DNA of 61,934 nt, counting the filler, from Dimargaris cristalligena (Eukaryota): NCBI GenBank assembly GCA_003614675.1. It is 10 parts of 10 records of this genome, joined end to end, with 100 filler letters (N's around TTAATTAATTAA, not from the genome) between each part and the next. Parts side by side here need not be neighbours in the genome. Positions count along the whole stretch, not along the records: positions 1 to 6,169 come from ML003548.1; positions 6,270 to 12,429 come from ML003549.1; 8 more parts are not named here. The stretch is one strand, 5' to 3'. The translations under genes and the position numbers were made by a program. A model generated the notes under the pieces. That model made no database searches, was not told the origin of the DNA, and saw only the letters and a list, made by a program, of their open reading frames with translations. This document shows, piece after piece, positions 1 through 12,529 of the stretch; within the stretch, counting starts at the first letter, position 1, and every line of letters begins with the position of its first letter.

Positions 1-421
1 TATATCCCCGGCTTATAACACAGTGCCTTTGGGAACCCGAGAATTTGCGATAGAATATATACCCTCGATGAATAGTAGAATGCTCTAATCGATTGGCCGC
101 AGCCTAGCCAACTTCTAATTGATAATATAGCCTTGTTTTGGACCGATTTTTGTCTAATGCTGCCCTGTAATCTATAAATCGAATTAAGTATGTCAATTTA
201 ACATAACTATTTTTAAATATACCAGAATTATATATTATTTTGAATAGATGGGAGTCAACGTAGATATCCAGACTATTCACAAATGCAGCTAAAGAGTGAA
301 GGTCGCAACTTGACTTGCCGAATATGGAATATATGATAATACACGGCTAATCGAGCCGCGCATTTTAAAAGTAAAAGGCCAAATGGCTGAGTAGGAAAGC
401 AGAACTCACTGTGAAGACAAT

Positions 422-1536
422 TTACTCCAGCTTCCAGTTGTGGTTATGCAAGAAATCCTCGAAGGAATTAAATGAGCCAAAGGTATCAAAGGTCTTCTGC
501 AGATCCCGCCCACCGAAATAGCCAAACTCGACGATGTACTCATAACATTGATAAACTGTCTTGATGCCGTACAGGATGGGATCTATGGCGGCTTCTTCAG
601 GGGTCAGCACGTTAATGTGAATCTTCTTGCCGCCCACCTTGGCCAGGATGTCGATCATTTCACCCAAGGTGATGTAGCCGCAAGCTAAATCGTACGGCTG
701 GCCCAGGGTCTCCTGGGGCTTGCGGAAACAGTGCACTACGCAGTGGCCGCCGTCCCCAACAGTATCGATGGGGGGAACCACAGTTGTGGGGGGCACTGAC
801 AAATCCACCTCGTAATCACTATCGCTCCGCTTACGGAATTGGCCCGGATTGCCGGTCCAGTTGGTCATGTAATAACCAAAATTGACGACTGTGGTAGGAA
901 TCTCCAGCGATTTAATGTAAGTCTCGATTTCGGCTTTGGTGTTGAAATGAGCTACTTCGGTGTATTTACCACCCGAGATTTTTTTGGCATCGGGTAGGGA
1001 TGAAAACACCAAGTGCTGGATACCCACCTGCTTGGCTACGTCAGCAATATTCTGGCCCTGCCGGACTTCAACGGCCGGATTCTCTCTAACTTCAGGTTGC
1101 CAGAAATTGGTGGCGGCGAACAGGCCGTAGGCACCCTGGAAAGCTTTGACCAGTTGCTCCAGGTTGCTGAGGTTGCACTCGACCATTTCGACTCCTCATT
1201 GAGCGAGTTTTTGGGACTTCTCGGACTGGGAATTACGAGTAAGGCCGCGAATGTTAAACTGCTTGGAGCTAATGAGGGTTTCTACCACCGACCCACCTAG
1301 GTTGGGAAATTCATGAACATGGTACTGGTCAGTATTGGGATTGTGCGTTAAATACGATAAATAGTGTTATCCCTAAGAGATGGCTGGGACATTGTTAACG
1401 CCAACAAGATACAGGTAGAAACTTCATTTTGATACCGGATTGTGGTTTGGTATTGCTATATAATTGACAATTGCTACCTACCCTGGGCGCCTGTGGCCCC
1501 GATGACGGCGATTAGTGGCTTGTCGTGGTTGCTCAT
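422..1536 (-). pseudogene. NmrA-like NAD(P)-binding Rossmann protein, 2 exons (1536-1482, 1296-422), with an in-frame TGA at 1198-1196
   Basis: Exon 1 reads MSNHDKPLIAVIGATGAQG. After a GTAGGT..CTAG intron, exon 2 continues GSVVETL..IRGLTRN..KLAQ*GVEMVECNL..AFQGAYGLF..HFNTKAEIE, which are typical NmrA motifs. The stop is at codon 52. Confidence 0.8.
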
Positions 1537-4004
1537 GGTGATACTAGGTAGGGGGTGTACTATTAAGAGACGTGTCGGCGTAGTCGAGGTGGAACAAGGG
1601 AATATCAACTGTGTTGAAATATGACAATGGTGATGTTAAATAATACTCAGTATTGTACTAACTGGCTTAGTTGTGATGTGTTGACAAGGGGCGGCGACCC
1701 CATCTCTTTTAATTGTTTCAGGGTGGTGTGTGAGGGGAGGGGAGTCCCAGGCAACTTTCCCAGCGTCAAATATTGTATCTGGTTAAGGAAGGGCCACGGG
1801 GGCGGGACTAGTTTCAGTGTAAAATTTGCTTTGCAAAATCAGATACTGGAATGGGAGAGGTACAATCCGGGCCGCAAACCGAAAGATCCATTGCACACAG
1901 CGAACTGTATTAGTTAGAGATATTTTGTCGCCCAGCCACCCCATCTATTTGTCATCCATTTGGGTTCTTCATCCAAATGGCTTCCAATTAGAGTGAAACG
2001 GTGGCATGGCGGCGTTTCAGCTTTATCGGAAGACCCCCGAGAGAAACTTATTAGCGCAATACTCCGCATTACGGGTATAAAACATCTAGCTGTCTGACTT
2101 GCCAGTTAGTTACCAATCTATATTTCAGTTACTTGCGCAGGTGTGCCACATTTGCATTAATAAGCGACTAAACCATTCCTCCGGCTTAAATGAATCAGGG
2201 GGGGGGGCTATAACCGCCAGGAAAGGCGAGTAAACTTGTGCACAATTAAATGCCCATTGGCCTTTATTTTTAGGCGAAAATGGATGAAGAGCAATAAATC
2301 CACAGCAAACAGACTTGTATATCCGTCCAGTGAAGATAATACGCCAGCTGTGTAGGTATAGAAGTACAATACGTTTAAAGGATTATCCACTCCCTCGACG
2401 CTAGTGAAATGCACTAATAAGCCGTTACTCACCTGCCAGGCTAAGTGCAAAAAGCTGCCAAGGGTTTTGGGGCATCTGATTCTCCACCGAACTTGGGACT
2501 AGCCCTATGAATACACGTGGAATGAGTGGAACGGACATTGTAGCAAATGAGTGAGACTAATACTACATTGGTTTGGGCACTAGGCATCGCACCGGCTGCC
2601 GCCGTAGTGATGGAAGTAGCTTACCAGTAAGTATCTCCAAACATAGGGGAAGTGAAGGACTCGTGTGGTAGTGCAGTCGAAATAACTGGACATTGCTATG
2701 GTGTATATGGATTGGTGCCATTTTGGAGTCGTTGATTACCAATCTAGATTAGTCAGCACAGCCTTTGCTGACCAAGCTATGTTTTAACGGAAATTGGCGC
2801 CAACCATAAGGTCAACGACGTACACCGTCACTAACCTCAGTGGGGTGGCATTAGTGTAAAGTAGTCTGTGGTGACAAATCACCATCCGGATTGGCGAGAC
2901 TTGTAGATTTAGCCTCACTAGTGCCCAGCTCGGAATAAGTTGGTAGTGGGTTTATGGACGGCGTATCAGCCTGAATTGACATACTACTACTATGCTCGCT
3001 ATTCGTGTTGATAGGAAATATGGATTAATTAACAGCTGACCAAGTGGACGGGGGAGCCTTAAAGTTATTAGGGATGGCACATCCAACACCAGTGCAGTTA
3101 GGACTGGCTGGTTGGTATTATGGTAAGGGACCTATCTCTGTTATTCGAGCTATTGATGACCAAAAGCTGAAGCCAAATTGGTTATTTATTGTGGAGTAAA
3201 CCGGAGCACCTTTTATTTTTCTTAGACTTGTCATCATTCACCAGGTGGTTAGCTTATTTGAAGCATAGGTATAGTTGGCCTTAGAGGGAATACTATAGCA
3301 ACTATGAGATAGGTAAATAGATTAGTCAGGGACTAGTTTTATCTGGATGACTTAATTGGGAATTGGAAGAGGCTTTGGATTAATACTAAATTGTGTGGTT
3401 ATAAATGGCTCTAGCACCTAGAAAGGAATAATAAAGGATGATGCCATGGTATCAGGTATTACTATTGGAAAGGTAATATAATGTGATAAAGCCTGATATG
3501 AGTAGCCACTGTAACTAGGCTAGATTAAAGCTGGTCAGTGGGTGTGATAATAGGAGAGTATAAATAGAGTTCTGCATAAAATGAGAATTACATACTAATT
3601 TATTAATAAATATATATTTCAGTAATTTATCAACTAGGTTAAAAAATTCAATAACTGAATAGCAAACTATTATGATATCGTAAGAAAATAAAGGGTAAGA
3701 TATGAGTTTATTTAACTAAATATATATTAATAGAAAATAAAGGAAGGTTATGGATCTTTAGGGTTGCAATGAGGAGGAAATGTGATGTTATTTATAGAAA
3801 TTACTAGATAGAATTCAATAATAATAAACCAAGGACAACATTAAAGAATTTAAGTTAATTAAGCCTTTGTAAAGAAAAGAAATCACATAAATTGAGTAGT
3901 AAGTAAAAAGAGATGTGATCAAAAAGAAGCCAAGTAGCTAAAAATAAAGCAATAAACTAGGTAGAATAAAAGTGAAATATAGCTGTTAGAGATAAAAATG
4001 CTTT

Positions 4005-5195
4005 TCACAAACTGTGGATCTGCTGGACCATGGATTGGTGGGTCTCACAAGGTAAATTAAGCTGGTTGGCTAACTGGACTATATACCCATTGATGTAATT
4101 AATTTCAGTTGGACGGTGAGCTATGACATCTTGCCGCATTGATGAAATGTTGGAGGCAGTAATCTGGCATACATGAGTCACTTGGGCCTCTAATGCATTA
4201 GGAGAGAACTCAGCTAGTTGATTAGTACTGAAGTGATCATTGCTCTTGTCCAATTGCAAAGGTGATGATGGCCTAGATAGGGTAGGAATTCCCCTCAGGT
4301 GTTCAGTCAGAATTAGACTAGTTTCCTTGCAAAGTTGTTTGATCAGTAATCTAAGTGAAGGCTGGTTATCACAAAGAAGCTCCCCATTAGTGCAACTATG
4401 GAGGGCAGTGAGGGGGTTAATGCAGGCATTCACAGCCACTTTAAGTAAAAGGCGGTGCTGGATCTGGGGCCAAGTCTCAATCTGGCATTGTAGTGGTAGT
4501 ACAGATTCAAACATTTGGAATACAGATTGGACAGATGGATGGGTAGCCTGATTAGAACCCAGCCATATAATTCCTTTACCAGCATGTTTCACTTGAAAAG
4601 GGGCAGTCCGGTAGCATCCATGAGTAACTGTACCTACTACAAAGGAAGGATAACAGTGTAGAGAGGGATATCCATTGATATAAGGCAGGGTTTGCTTCAA
4701 AAATGACTCCAACTCCTGCTGTACACCCATTCCATTCTGCAATAAAACAATAACACTACTAGGCTGTAAACGGTGGGCCACACATTGGAAAGCATCCAGA
4801 GTCTGGTGTGCCTTAGTGGTAATAATCAAGGTTTTGATGGGAGATACAGGATTACCTGGGGCCTGTGGGGTAATCCCTGGCAAGCTGGCTTGGTGAACAC
4901 TGGTGGTGGTATGAAGGAGGTTGCCTTGTTGGTAAGGAGGCTGGCTGGTAGTTGGGGATAGGACTTCATATTGAAATCCTGATATAGCATTACCAAGGGA
5001 GGTCTCTGCACTGGCTAATGTTGAAGGGAAGGACCATGAGGGCTGGACAACAATGGACTGCCGGGCCTCTTGTAACCACTGGTTCTGGGCAGCTGCATTA
5101 CGAAGTAGAAGGGTTACAGGACATTGGGGGATGCTGTGTTTTAAGTGGTAGGCTAAGAAAGTCCCAATGGAACCCACTCCAAGAATATGAACCAT
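4005..5195 (-). CDS. PAN5: 2-dehydropantoate 2-reductase (ketopantoate reductase, PanE/ApbA family)
   Basis: Motifs ILGVGSIG, IITTKAHQ, LLQNGMG, KVAVNACINPLTA, SSMRQD and RPTEINYING; intronless 396-aa ORF. Confidence 0.9.
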   Translation of the reverse strand: MVHILGVGSIGTFLAYHLKHSIPQCPVTLLLRNAAAQNQWLQEARQSIVVQPSWSFPSTLASAETSLGNAISGFQYEVLSPTTSQPPYQQGNLLHTTTSVHQASLPGITPQAPGNPVSPIKTLIITTKAHQTLDAFQCVAHRLQPSSVIVLLQNGMGVQQELESFLKQTLPYINGYPSLHCYPSFVVGTVTHGCYRTAPFQVKHAGKGIIWLGSNQATHPSVQSVFQMFESVLPLQCQIETWPQIQHRLLLKVAVNACINPLTALHSCTNGELLCDNQPSLRLLIKQLCKETSLILTEHLRGIPTLSRPSSPLQLDKSNDHFSTNQLAEFSPNALEAQVTHVCQITASNISSMRQDVIAHRPTEINYINGYIVQLANQLNLPCETHQSMVQQIHSL

Positions 5196-6169
5196 ACCTA
5201 AGAATTAGATAAAATTCCAAAGCCAAGCAAAGATACAAAATAAAAGTAATATGGGGAATAAGTAAAGGAAGATAAATATTCAAACCATTTACTAAAAAGT
5301 TTATAAGAGGGAAGAATAAGTAAAGGGAAACTATAAAAAGAAATAATATGGATAATTAGGTAAAAAAGATAAACAGAAAGGGAAATGGGCTACTATAAAT
5401 ACTTAAAGACGGAGACAAGGGAAACAGGGAAAGTATGGTGAGAAATGAGGAGGGAGGTCGGTTTACCCCATTTTCCAGGAGGGAAAAAGGGAAAGGTGGA
5501 CAATAGAAAACAATGGATAATTACAGAAGTTGATCACTGAATCCGCAGTCGGCCAATCACACAAAGGCCCAACTATTCACCTCGGCCTTTTGGTGAGGAA
5601 AGGGGAGATGCCAAGGTTTATGAGTTGTATGACAAGACGGGATTTCCCAAATCCTGTGCAACTCTGACTATCATCAATCAATAGAAAGGGGGTAAGGGGA
5701 AGGGGGGAGTGATAAATACAAGAGGGAAAAGGGAACAGGAAAGAAAGATTGAGATACTAATAATAGAACTAAGTAAAAGGAAGGTTCACTTCGAAATGGG
5801 ATAGTGTAGTGATTACACTACATATTAAGAGTCATTAGCCAGCTGTTAATATTGGTACACGTTACCTTATCGTGTTTTGTCTCCTCAAACACCACCCATA
5901 TTATACTATTGGGCTGATCCTTTACTTAATTGCACACGTTTACTTTATCACACAAATCCAATTCAGTTGAGCTTGACTACGCCCATATGATCCGCGTAAA
6001 ATAACAGTTGGTAGTCTGGGTAACTCCGGCTTTTACCGCAAATCCAGCCCCAGACGCTAACCTCCATAAAGACCGTTGCTTCTTAGTGGATGTTAATGTC
6101 ACTCCTAATATGGAGGACAGTACCAGCTACAATCGTTTTTGGAAACCATGTATTCCTTTCCGCTATCCC

Positions 6170-6269
6170 NNNNNNNNNNNNNNNNNNNNNNNNNNNNNNN
6201 NNNNNNNNNNNNNTTAATTAATTAANNNNNNNNNNNNNNNNNNNNNNNNNNNNNNNNNNNNNNNNNNNN
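6170..6269. other. Artificial contig spacer N44-TTAATTAATTAA-N44; the same spacer occurs at 12430-12529, 18669-18768, 24901-25000, 31111-31210, 37317-37416, 43485-43584, 49641-49740 and 55794-55893
   Basis: An identical 100-nt spacer with stop codons in all six frames occurs nine times, and the intervening contig lengths decrease monotonically. Confidence 0.98.
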
Positions 6270-6286
6270 TGGTGTGTGTGTGGGGT

Positions 6287-6317
<31 letters not shown>
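6270..6317 (+). repeat. (TG)n plus poly-G tract at contig start
   Basis: tggtgtgtgtgtggggtgggg followed by about 30 G. Confidence 0.85.
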
Positions 6318-6495
6318 CTATGCTACAGCCAGCCAGTCGCCTCTCTCTAAGATTTAGCAATGGCCCTGAGATTAGAGTATACATTGTCAACGAGACCAAT
6401 GTTGATGAATTACTTTAAACGCTCACGCTTGTCCGCTCATCGATTCCTTCTCTCCTCCTTTGTGCAAGTTATTCTTGTTTTCGGATTCTGACAAT

Positions 6496-7473
6496 ATGGT
6501 AAGTGCTGCCCCCTCATCGTTCGAACCCCATAACAACCCTCATATTACACTCTACCCCGCCGTATTCGATTCGAACGTGGACGGCAGTTTGCTCACCCCC
6601 ATCGGCTACTTCCATCTTCCCTACCACTCTTCCCGTCGAACAACCGACTCATCTATGCATCCATCCTATCCATCCATCCATCCGTCCCAATCGCGCTATT
6701 TCGAACCACCCGTCCGTACTACTTTCACTCAATCGATGATACGATTTCGTAATATGACTTTAATCTATCCATCGGCGAACCATTCCCGGTCAATAGACTA
6801 CCAAGCGCAGAAATCACGGTCGTAACAAGAAGGGCCGCGGCCGCACTTCCTACATCCGCTGCACCAACTGTGCCCGTTGTGTGCCCAAGGTACGCCATGC
6901 TCCCTTCAATTATAATTCTGTTCGGTGAGATGCTACTCCATCGAAAATCCGTCAGACGATTCCGAGATCAGGACAGGTTCATATGACTAAATAGTATAGT
7001 GTATAGCCGAATCTGCCCGAAATCGGTTGTCTAGATGCGATTTGAATGGGCGACTCCTCATTGGATTCCTTCATCGCTGACTTCAGCCTCATCTCAACCT
7101 GATGGCCTAATAGAATCCCTCGCAGCTTTCCCCCCAGCCATTGTTACTTATTCATTTTTATCCCCATGTATATCCATCGGCAATGCCCTCCCTGTATAAC
7201 TTCACCCCGATTTAGGACAAGGCCATCAAGCGTTTCACCATCCGCAACATGGTCGAGAGTGCCGCTATCCGGGATATGACCGAAGCCTCCGTCTTCGAGG
7301 AATACGCCATCCCCAAGCTGTACATCAAGCTCCAATACTGCGTGTCTTGCGCCATCCACTCCCGTGTGGTCCGTGTGCGTTCCACCGCCGACTCCCGCAA
7401 GCGGGACCCTCCCCCGCGTTTCCGCTTCAAGGACGGCAAGAAGGTGCTCCCCACCACCCAGAAGGCTAACTAA
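6496..7473 (+). CDS. RPS26: 40S ribosomal protein S26 (eS26), 3 exons: 6496-6498, 6797-6889, 7216-7473
   Basis: ATG|GTAAGT; exon 2 [27 protein letters not shown]; exon 3 [26 protein letters not shown]. Phases are consistent, 117 aa. Confidence 0.97.
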
Positions 7474-8505
7474 ATGGTTATGATCGGCTCTACCCCTGCC
7501 TCTTCCATATAATCATTTCTTTAAACTATCCCTTCTCTCTCTTTCCTCCTTAAATATCGTGCAAATCATATAAATCACGTATCCTCCCCACAACTCCCCC
7601 CCTCTCTCGAACCTCCAAATTCCTGCCTGGCCTTATACATCACTAAGCGTGTAATGCGCTCTGTTCGACTGAATACATAATAAAAGTCGAGTCATTGTTT
7701 GTATTATACCCTTGTTACACAATGTATTCGAAGACCCATGGCAAGCCTAAAGGTTGGCTTCACGATTTCTAGCGTCTAGTACTTATGGCGGAATTTATAA
7801 CTGTGAAGGGTTGAATCACGGCCATATAATAGAAGCGTTTGTCACAGTGCGGCTTTATGTCTAAAACGCACCATCTACTAAATCCCGGGCATATACATAT
7901 ATATCATTTATAATCTTACACAGCCGTGTCGAATCTCGCTCAAATGGTTGCCGAGTGACCTCGGCGGAGATACCGATTTGTGGACTATCTGAATACTATC
8001 TGGCGATGGCATTTGGATCAGATCAACAGTACGCGTGGTTCTTCTATTTCAAGACGGGTCTCGCCGAAACCCTTAAATAATTACATTGGATCTCACCTTC
8101 CAACGATTATAATTGATCTTCAATCGATTGCACCTTAATTAATTAATATAGACCTTTTCCACCCCATTATCAACCCAGTAGTTTCATCGCCAGTTACTTT
8201 GTTTATGTGACTACTACTCCAGTATAGTTGCCATAAGAAGGTATTGGCGTGGGTTAAATGTCACCGAGTAAATAACTACTTCATCACCGGCTTATACTGT
8301 AGCTAGTGTTACCTACCCATTAATTGTACTTGTATTGTAGAGTCACTATTTGAAAGGAAAAAAATCCATGCCCTGCCCAAAATATAGTTAGGCATAGAAT
8401 TGCAAGAACAGCCCAGTGCCACATATGTGTATACCCGTTCCTTTTATTAGGCTAATGTCACCTTTCTATTTTCCCATTTGCTTGTGATCAGACTCGAGGA
8501 TTGAG

Positions 8506-11500
8506 ATGATCTCACAGCGAACCTGCCTCATTCGGGCCGATGTATGTGGATGCGTAAGCCGGACCAGTGTACCTCACCAGCGTCTCACACCCACCCCGTT
8601 CCGTTCAAACCGTCTCCGTACTACACCTCATGCCAGCGCATTACGGCTTTATTCTCCTTCCACCGGGAAATCCGATTCCCGCCCGAAACCATGGGGGCAA
8701 TCTGGACTGCCCATTCACCGAGTGCTGCACAGCCAGCGGCCCCGCTTCAATGGGCTGCCTTTCCAGCGAACCGTTAGCACCCAGCCCACTTCCGCCGCGC
8801 CTTCTACCCTGACCGCAACCGAAAACGAGCCTGACCACATTTCAACCCTGACCGCGGAGGACACTGAGCCCAACCTACTGCTTTCCGCACCGACCACTCG
8901 GCTCCTCAAACTAGTCCGCAGTCTCATGGACGGCTACCCGCATTGTGTATTACTTACCCGGGTCGGCGACTTCTACGAATCTTATTACGAGCACGCCGAT
9001 GACGTAGGCGCCATGCTGGATATCCAAGTGGTCACGCGGAAGATCCGTAGCCATCACTTCCGGTTTACGGGGTTTCCCGCCCGTTCCATCGACCGGCATT
9101 TGGAGTCGTTGGTGATGGGCCATCGTCGACATGTGGCTATTTGTGAGCAGTTTCAGGATCCAATTACCCGAATTTTCTCTCGTCGGCTAGTACGGATCGT
9201 GACCCCGGGTACTTTGATCGACGAACAGTTTCTTAATGCGGATCAGAATAATTACCTACTGGCTATTTATCCCATGGAGCCTGCTGCCCCCTCCTCCGAT
9301 ATCACCACCCCCGGCCATGGGAGTCCTCAAGGCGGGGAAGTTCCATCGGATCCGCCCTCCCTCGGATTGGCCTGGCTGGATCTGGCCACCGGTGATTTCC
9401 TATCATCCACCACCACCATCTCTGACCTCGAATCGGATTTAACCCGCATCAAACCCCGGGAAATTGTTATCCCGGAACCCTTCCAGGCTATATTGGCCAA
9501 GTGCCTAGAAAATATGGGCCGGTCTTTAGATGCCTTTGTGGTGAGTACCCGGCCTTTAGCTAGATTCCAGGTTCCCTTATCCGAGGAGGACAGTGACCCT
9601 TTTTTTAGTTCACCAGTCCCTAGTAACCTTGGTGCGGATGCTTCAATAGCCGATCCCTTAGGTCGACCCCCGGGCCAATTCCTCGATTTCATACGGGCCC
9701 AGAACCTATCGGACACTGAATTGAGGGCCAGTCGAGGGTTAATGCGGTACGTCATTGAGACCCAGGCTGGTAAAGTACCCCATCTCCAAACGGCGACCCA
9801 TCTGAATGCCGCGCAGACTATGAAGATTGACAGTTTCACTTTTCGGTCCCTCGAAATTCTGGAATCTATGACGGCCTCATCGACCACTTCCCGAGCGACC
9901 GGGGGCAGTCTCATTCATATTATCGATCACACCCAAACGAAAGCGGGGTCCCGGATGCTGTCGGAATACCTCAGAGCCCCACTCACTTCCATACCGGAAT
10001 TGAACGAACGCCTGGATTTGGTCCAATTATTCTTTGATTCGCCCGATTTACTCCATCGGACCCGAACTATTCTCAGAGACGCCCGTGACGCCCAGCGGGC
10101 CGTACAGAAACTCTCCTTGGGTTACGGCGGGCCGGCCGATTTACTTGATATCGCTAGCGCATTGGAGGCGGTCACCCAGATTCGCGAGTTAGGGCTCGGT
10201 CATCTAAATAGACTTACCCAAACCTCTGGGTATAGTCCCGACAAGACGATTATAGGTGGCGATACAGCGGGTTCTAACCGTGAAAATATAAGGCCCAGTA
10301 CCGAGGCCCCCCATCGGCTGTTCAAGGGCATTGTTTCTTTAGATGGGCTGGTCCAGGTGATTCGGAACCATATCCACCCCGATGCACCCCGGCGTGTCAA
10401 CGGTCGCGGGTTTATCCAGGGCTCGTCCTCATCAGCCCTTAACCGTCTCCACAACGATTTAGCCAAGCTCGAGAGCGACCTGGGGAAACTCGAACTTCTC
10501 CTCCGGACCCGCTTTTCGTCCAACTCACTTAAACTCATCATGCAAACCGGATCCCGCAGCTACATTGAAGTCTCCCCCCGTGACGCCAAATCAATTGTTA
10601 CTGACCCCGAGTTTGAAGTGTTCCAAACGCTACGTGGTAAACACCGGTTCCTGTACAAACCCTGGATGCTACTGGCGGAGTATATTCAGGCTACGAACGA
10701 AGCCATCTTCCAGGAGGAAATGGCCCTGTACCAGTCGGTGCTGGGCCAGGTTTTGCACCAAAGCCAAAGAATCGTGGGCAATTGTCGTAGTTTGGCCCAA
10801 ATTGACGTGGCTGCGTCGTGCGCCCACCTAGCCCGCGATTTCGGCTACACTCGACCGGTATTCCGAACTGACCAACCGGGTCTCTTCCGTATCCAAGACG
10901 GCCGGCATCCGGTGGTGGAAAACAATCTGCGGCGCAAGAGTCGGCATTTTATCAGTAATGACTGCCATCTTGACTCCGAACGCCCTACGGCCCTCCTGAC
11001 GGGCCCTAATATGGGGGGCAAGAGTACCTTTTTGCGCCAAAATGCCATTATCGCGATTTTAGCCCAAATCGGCTCCTTTGTCCCCGCCCGATTGGCCGAG
11101 CTCAGTATTATCGACCGGGTGTTTAGCCGCGTGGGTGCGTCGGATAATCTGGCCGAAAATCAGTCGACGTTTATGGTGGAAATGGCCGAGACGGCCCATA
11201 TTTTGACCCACGCGACGTCGCAGTCTTTAGTCATTGTGGATGAGGTGGGACGAGGCACATCGACCGTGGATGGACTGGCTATCGCATACGCTACTCTAGT
11301 GCGGCTAGCCCGTGACATTGGATGCCGGAGTTTGGTGGCCACTCACTACCATGAACTTACGGACCTGGCGGGCATTTCACCTATGTTAGCCACTGCCGAG
11401 CCTTTATTACCACCACCATCAGTAACATCCCGTGCCGCACAATCGACACCCTCCGCTCCCACTCCCTCCGGTGAACACCACCATCCTGAGCTGCCTGAAC

Positions 11501-12045
11501 TGCCCACTCTACCTAATATTCAGTTTTTAAATACGTCCATTTATACCGATCCGCAGGGGCATTTTTCGTTTGTCCACAAAGTGCTGCCTGGTGTAAGTAG
11601 GGAGTCCCACGGAATACAAGTGGCCCAACTGGCTGGGTTTCCGGAGGAGGCCCTTCAAATTGCCCGTGCGTTGGTTAAACTTCAACTACAACAGCAACAG
11701 CTACAACCACCTATTGGATCTGCGTCGTCACAGCCAGACATCCCCAGATTCAATCCACTGTCATTACAACAACCCTCCATATCGGCATTACCGTCATATC
11801 CACGACCCCCATTGTCACCATCTATTCCATTACCGATCTTATCATCGCCTATGATCTCGACCACTCCGGTCTTTGGATCGGTTTGTTTAGATCCCCAACC
11901 TCCCAAAAGCGCGGAAGAAATCAAGAAGTTGGCTCAGTATTGTGCCTTGACGAAACTAATCCAGTCCATCGACCCGAACCAACTAACGGCTCGCCAGGCC
12001 ATGAATGTCATATTTGATGCCAAGGATCTACTCCAATCTTCGTAG
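8506..12045 (+). CDS. MSH1: Mitochondrial MutS homolog 1
   Basis: R/S-rich presequence-like N-terminus, RVGDFYE mismatch-binding motif, GRHPVVE, Walker A TGPNMGGKSTFLRQ, STFMVEM, DEVGRGTS and SHGIQVAQLAG. Confidence 0.92.
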   Translation: MISQRTCLIRADVCGCVSRTSVPHQRLTPTPFRSNRLRTTPHASALRLYSPSTGKSDSRPKPWGQSGLPIHRVLHSQRPRFNGLPFQRTVSTQPTSAAPSTLTATENEPDHISTLTAEDTEPNLLLSAPTTRLLKLVRSLMDGYPHCVLLTRVGDFYESYYEHADDVGAMLDIQVVTRKIRSHHFRFTGFPARSIDRHLESLVMGHRRHVAICEQFQDPITRIFSRRLVRIVTPGTLIDEQFLNADQNNYLLAIYPMEPAAPSSDITTPGHGSPQGGEVPSDPPSLGLAWLDLATGDFLSSTTTISDLESDLTRIKPREIVIPEPFQAILAKCLENMGRSLDAFVVSTRPLARFQVPLSEEDSDPFFSSPVPSNLGADASIADPLGRPPGQFLDFIRAQNLSDTELRASRGLMRYVIETQAGKVPHLQTATHLNAAQTMKIDSFTFRSLEILESMTASSTTSRATGGSLIHIIDHTQTKAGSRMLSEYLRAPLTSIPELNERLDLVQLFFDSPDLLHRTRTILRDARDAQRAVQKLSLGYGGPADLLDIASALEAVTQIRELGLGHLNRLTQTSGYSPDKTIIGGDTAGSNRENIRPSTEAPHRLFKGIVSLDGLVQVIRNHIHPDAPRRVNGRGFIQGSSSSALNRLHNDLAKLESDLGKLELLLRTRFSSNSLKLIMQTGSRSYIEVSPRDAKSIVTDPEFEVFQTLRGKHRFLYKPWMLLAEYIQATNEAIFQEEMALYQSVLGQVLHQSQRIVGNCRSLAQIDVAASCAHLARDFGYTRPVFRTDQPGLFRIQDGRHPVVENNLRRKSRHFISNDCHLDSERPTALLTGPNMGGKSTFLRQNAIIAILAQIGSFVPARLAELSIIDRVFSRVGASDNLAENQSTFMVEMAETAHILTHATSQSLVIVDEVGRGTSTVDGLAIAYATLVRLARDIGCRSLVATHYHELTDLAGISPMLATAEPLLPPPSVTSRAAQSTPSAPTPSGEHHHPELPELPTLPNIQFLNTSIYTDPQGHFSFVHKVLPGVSRESHGIQVAQLAGFPEEALQIARALVKLQLQQQQLQPPIGSASSQPDIPRFNPLSLQQPSISALPSYPRPPLSPSIPLPILSSPMISTTPVFGSVCLDPQPPKSAEEIKKLAQYCALTKLIQSIDPNQLTARQAMNVIFDAKDLLQSS

Positions 12046-12529
12046 TGCCGCAAATACCCGCCTACATTTTATTAAAATATGCATTTACCTTATTCTTGTA
12101 TGTGCAATCCTGAGTTGAGGAAGAGGGTTACCCTAATCGTATGAAGGTTGGAATGAACTGTAAATGGGTAAATTTATAAATGTGCAAAAGCCCTGGCTTG
12201 TATATGCTTTAGATAAGCGACTTTCATCACAACTGTACAAGTGGTTAAATGATGTGTCCATAGGAATGTGCACTGGAGGTTTATTATACATTTTAAAGCG
12301 AGCCTCTCCCCACAGCAGATATTAGTCCACACTGTTCCCTAATAGGATTCCCACTTACATTATTGTTTCAACACAGTAAAGGCAAAGCATCCCAGTTAAA
12401 GATGTGTGCTAATTGTACACAACATCAGGNNNNNNNNNNNNNNNNNNNNNNNNNNNNNNNNNNNNNNNNNNNNTTAATTAATTAANNNNNNNNNNNNNNN
12501 NNNNNNNNNNNNNNNNNNNNNNNNNNNNN

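Noticed and set aside
1196..1198. Selenocysteine codon in the NmrA-like gene
   Set aside because: The position is not a catalytic Cys site, NmrA is not a known selenoprotein family, and I recognised no SECIS element.
2500..3550. Possible decayed ORF in the TpA-rich region
   Set aside because: Stop density is about random and no protein motif is recognisable.
6890..7215. Intronic snoRNA in RPS26 intron 2
   Set aside because: CTGA boxes exist, but I see no convincing RTGATGA box C, terminal stem or rRNA guide; a covariance-model search would be needed.
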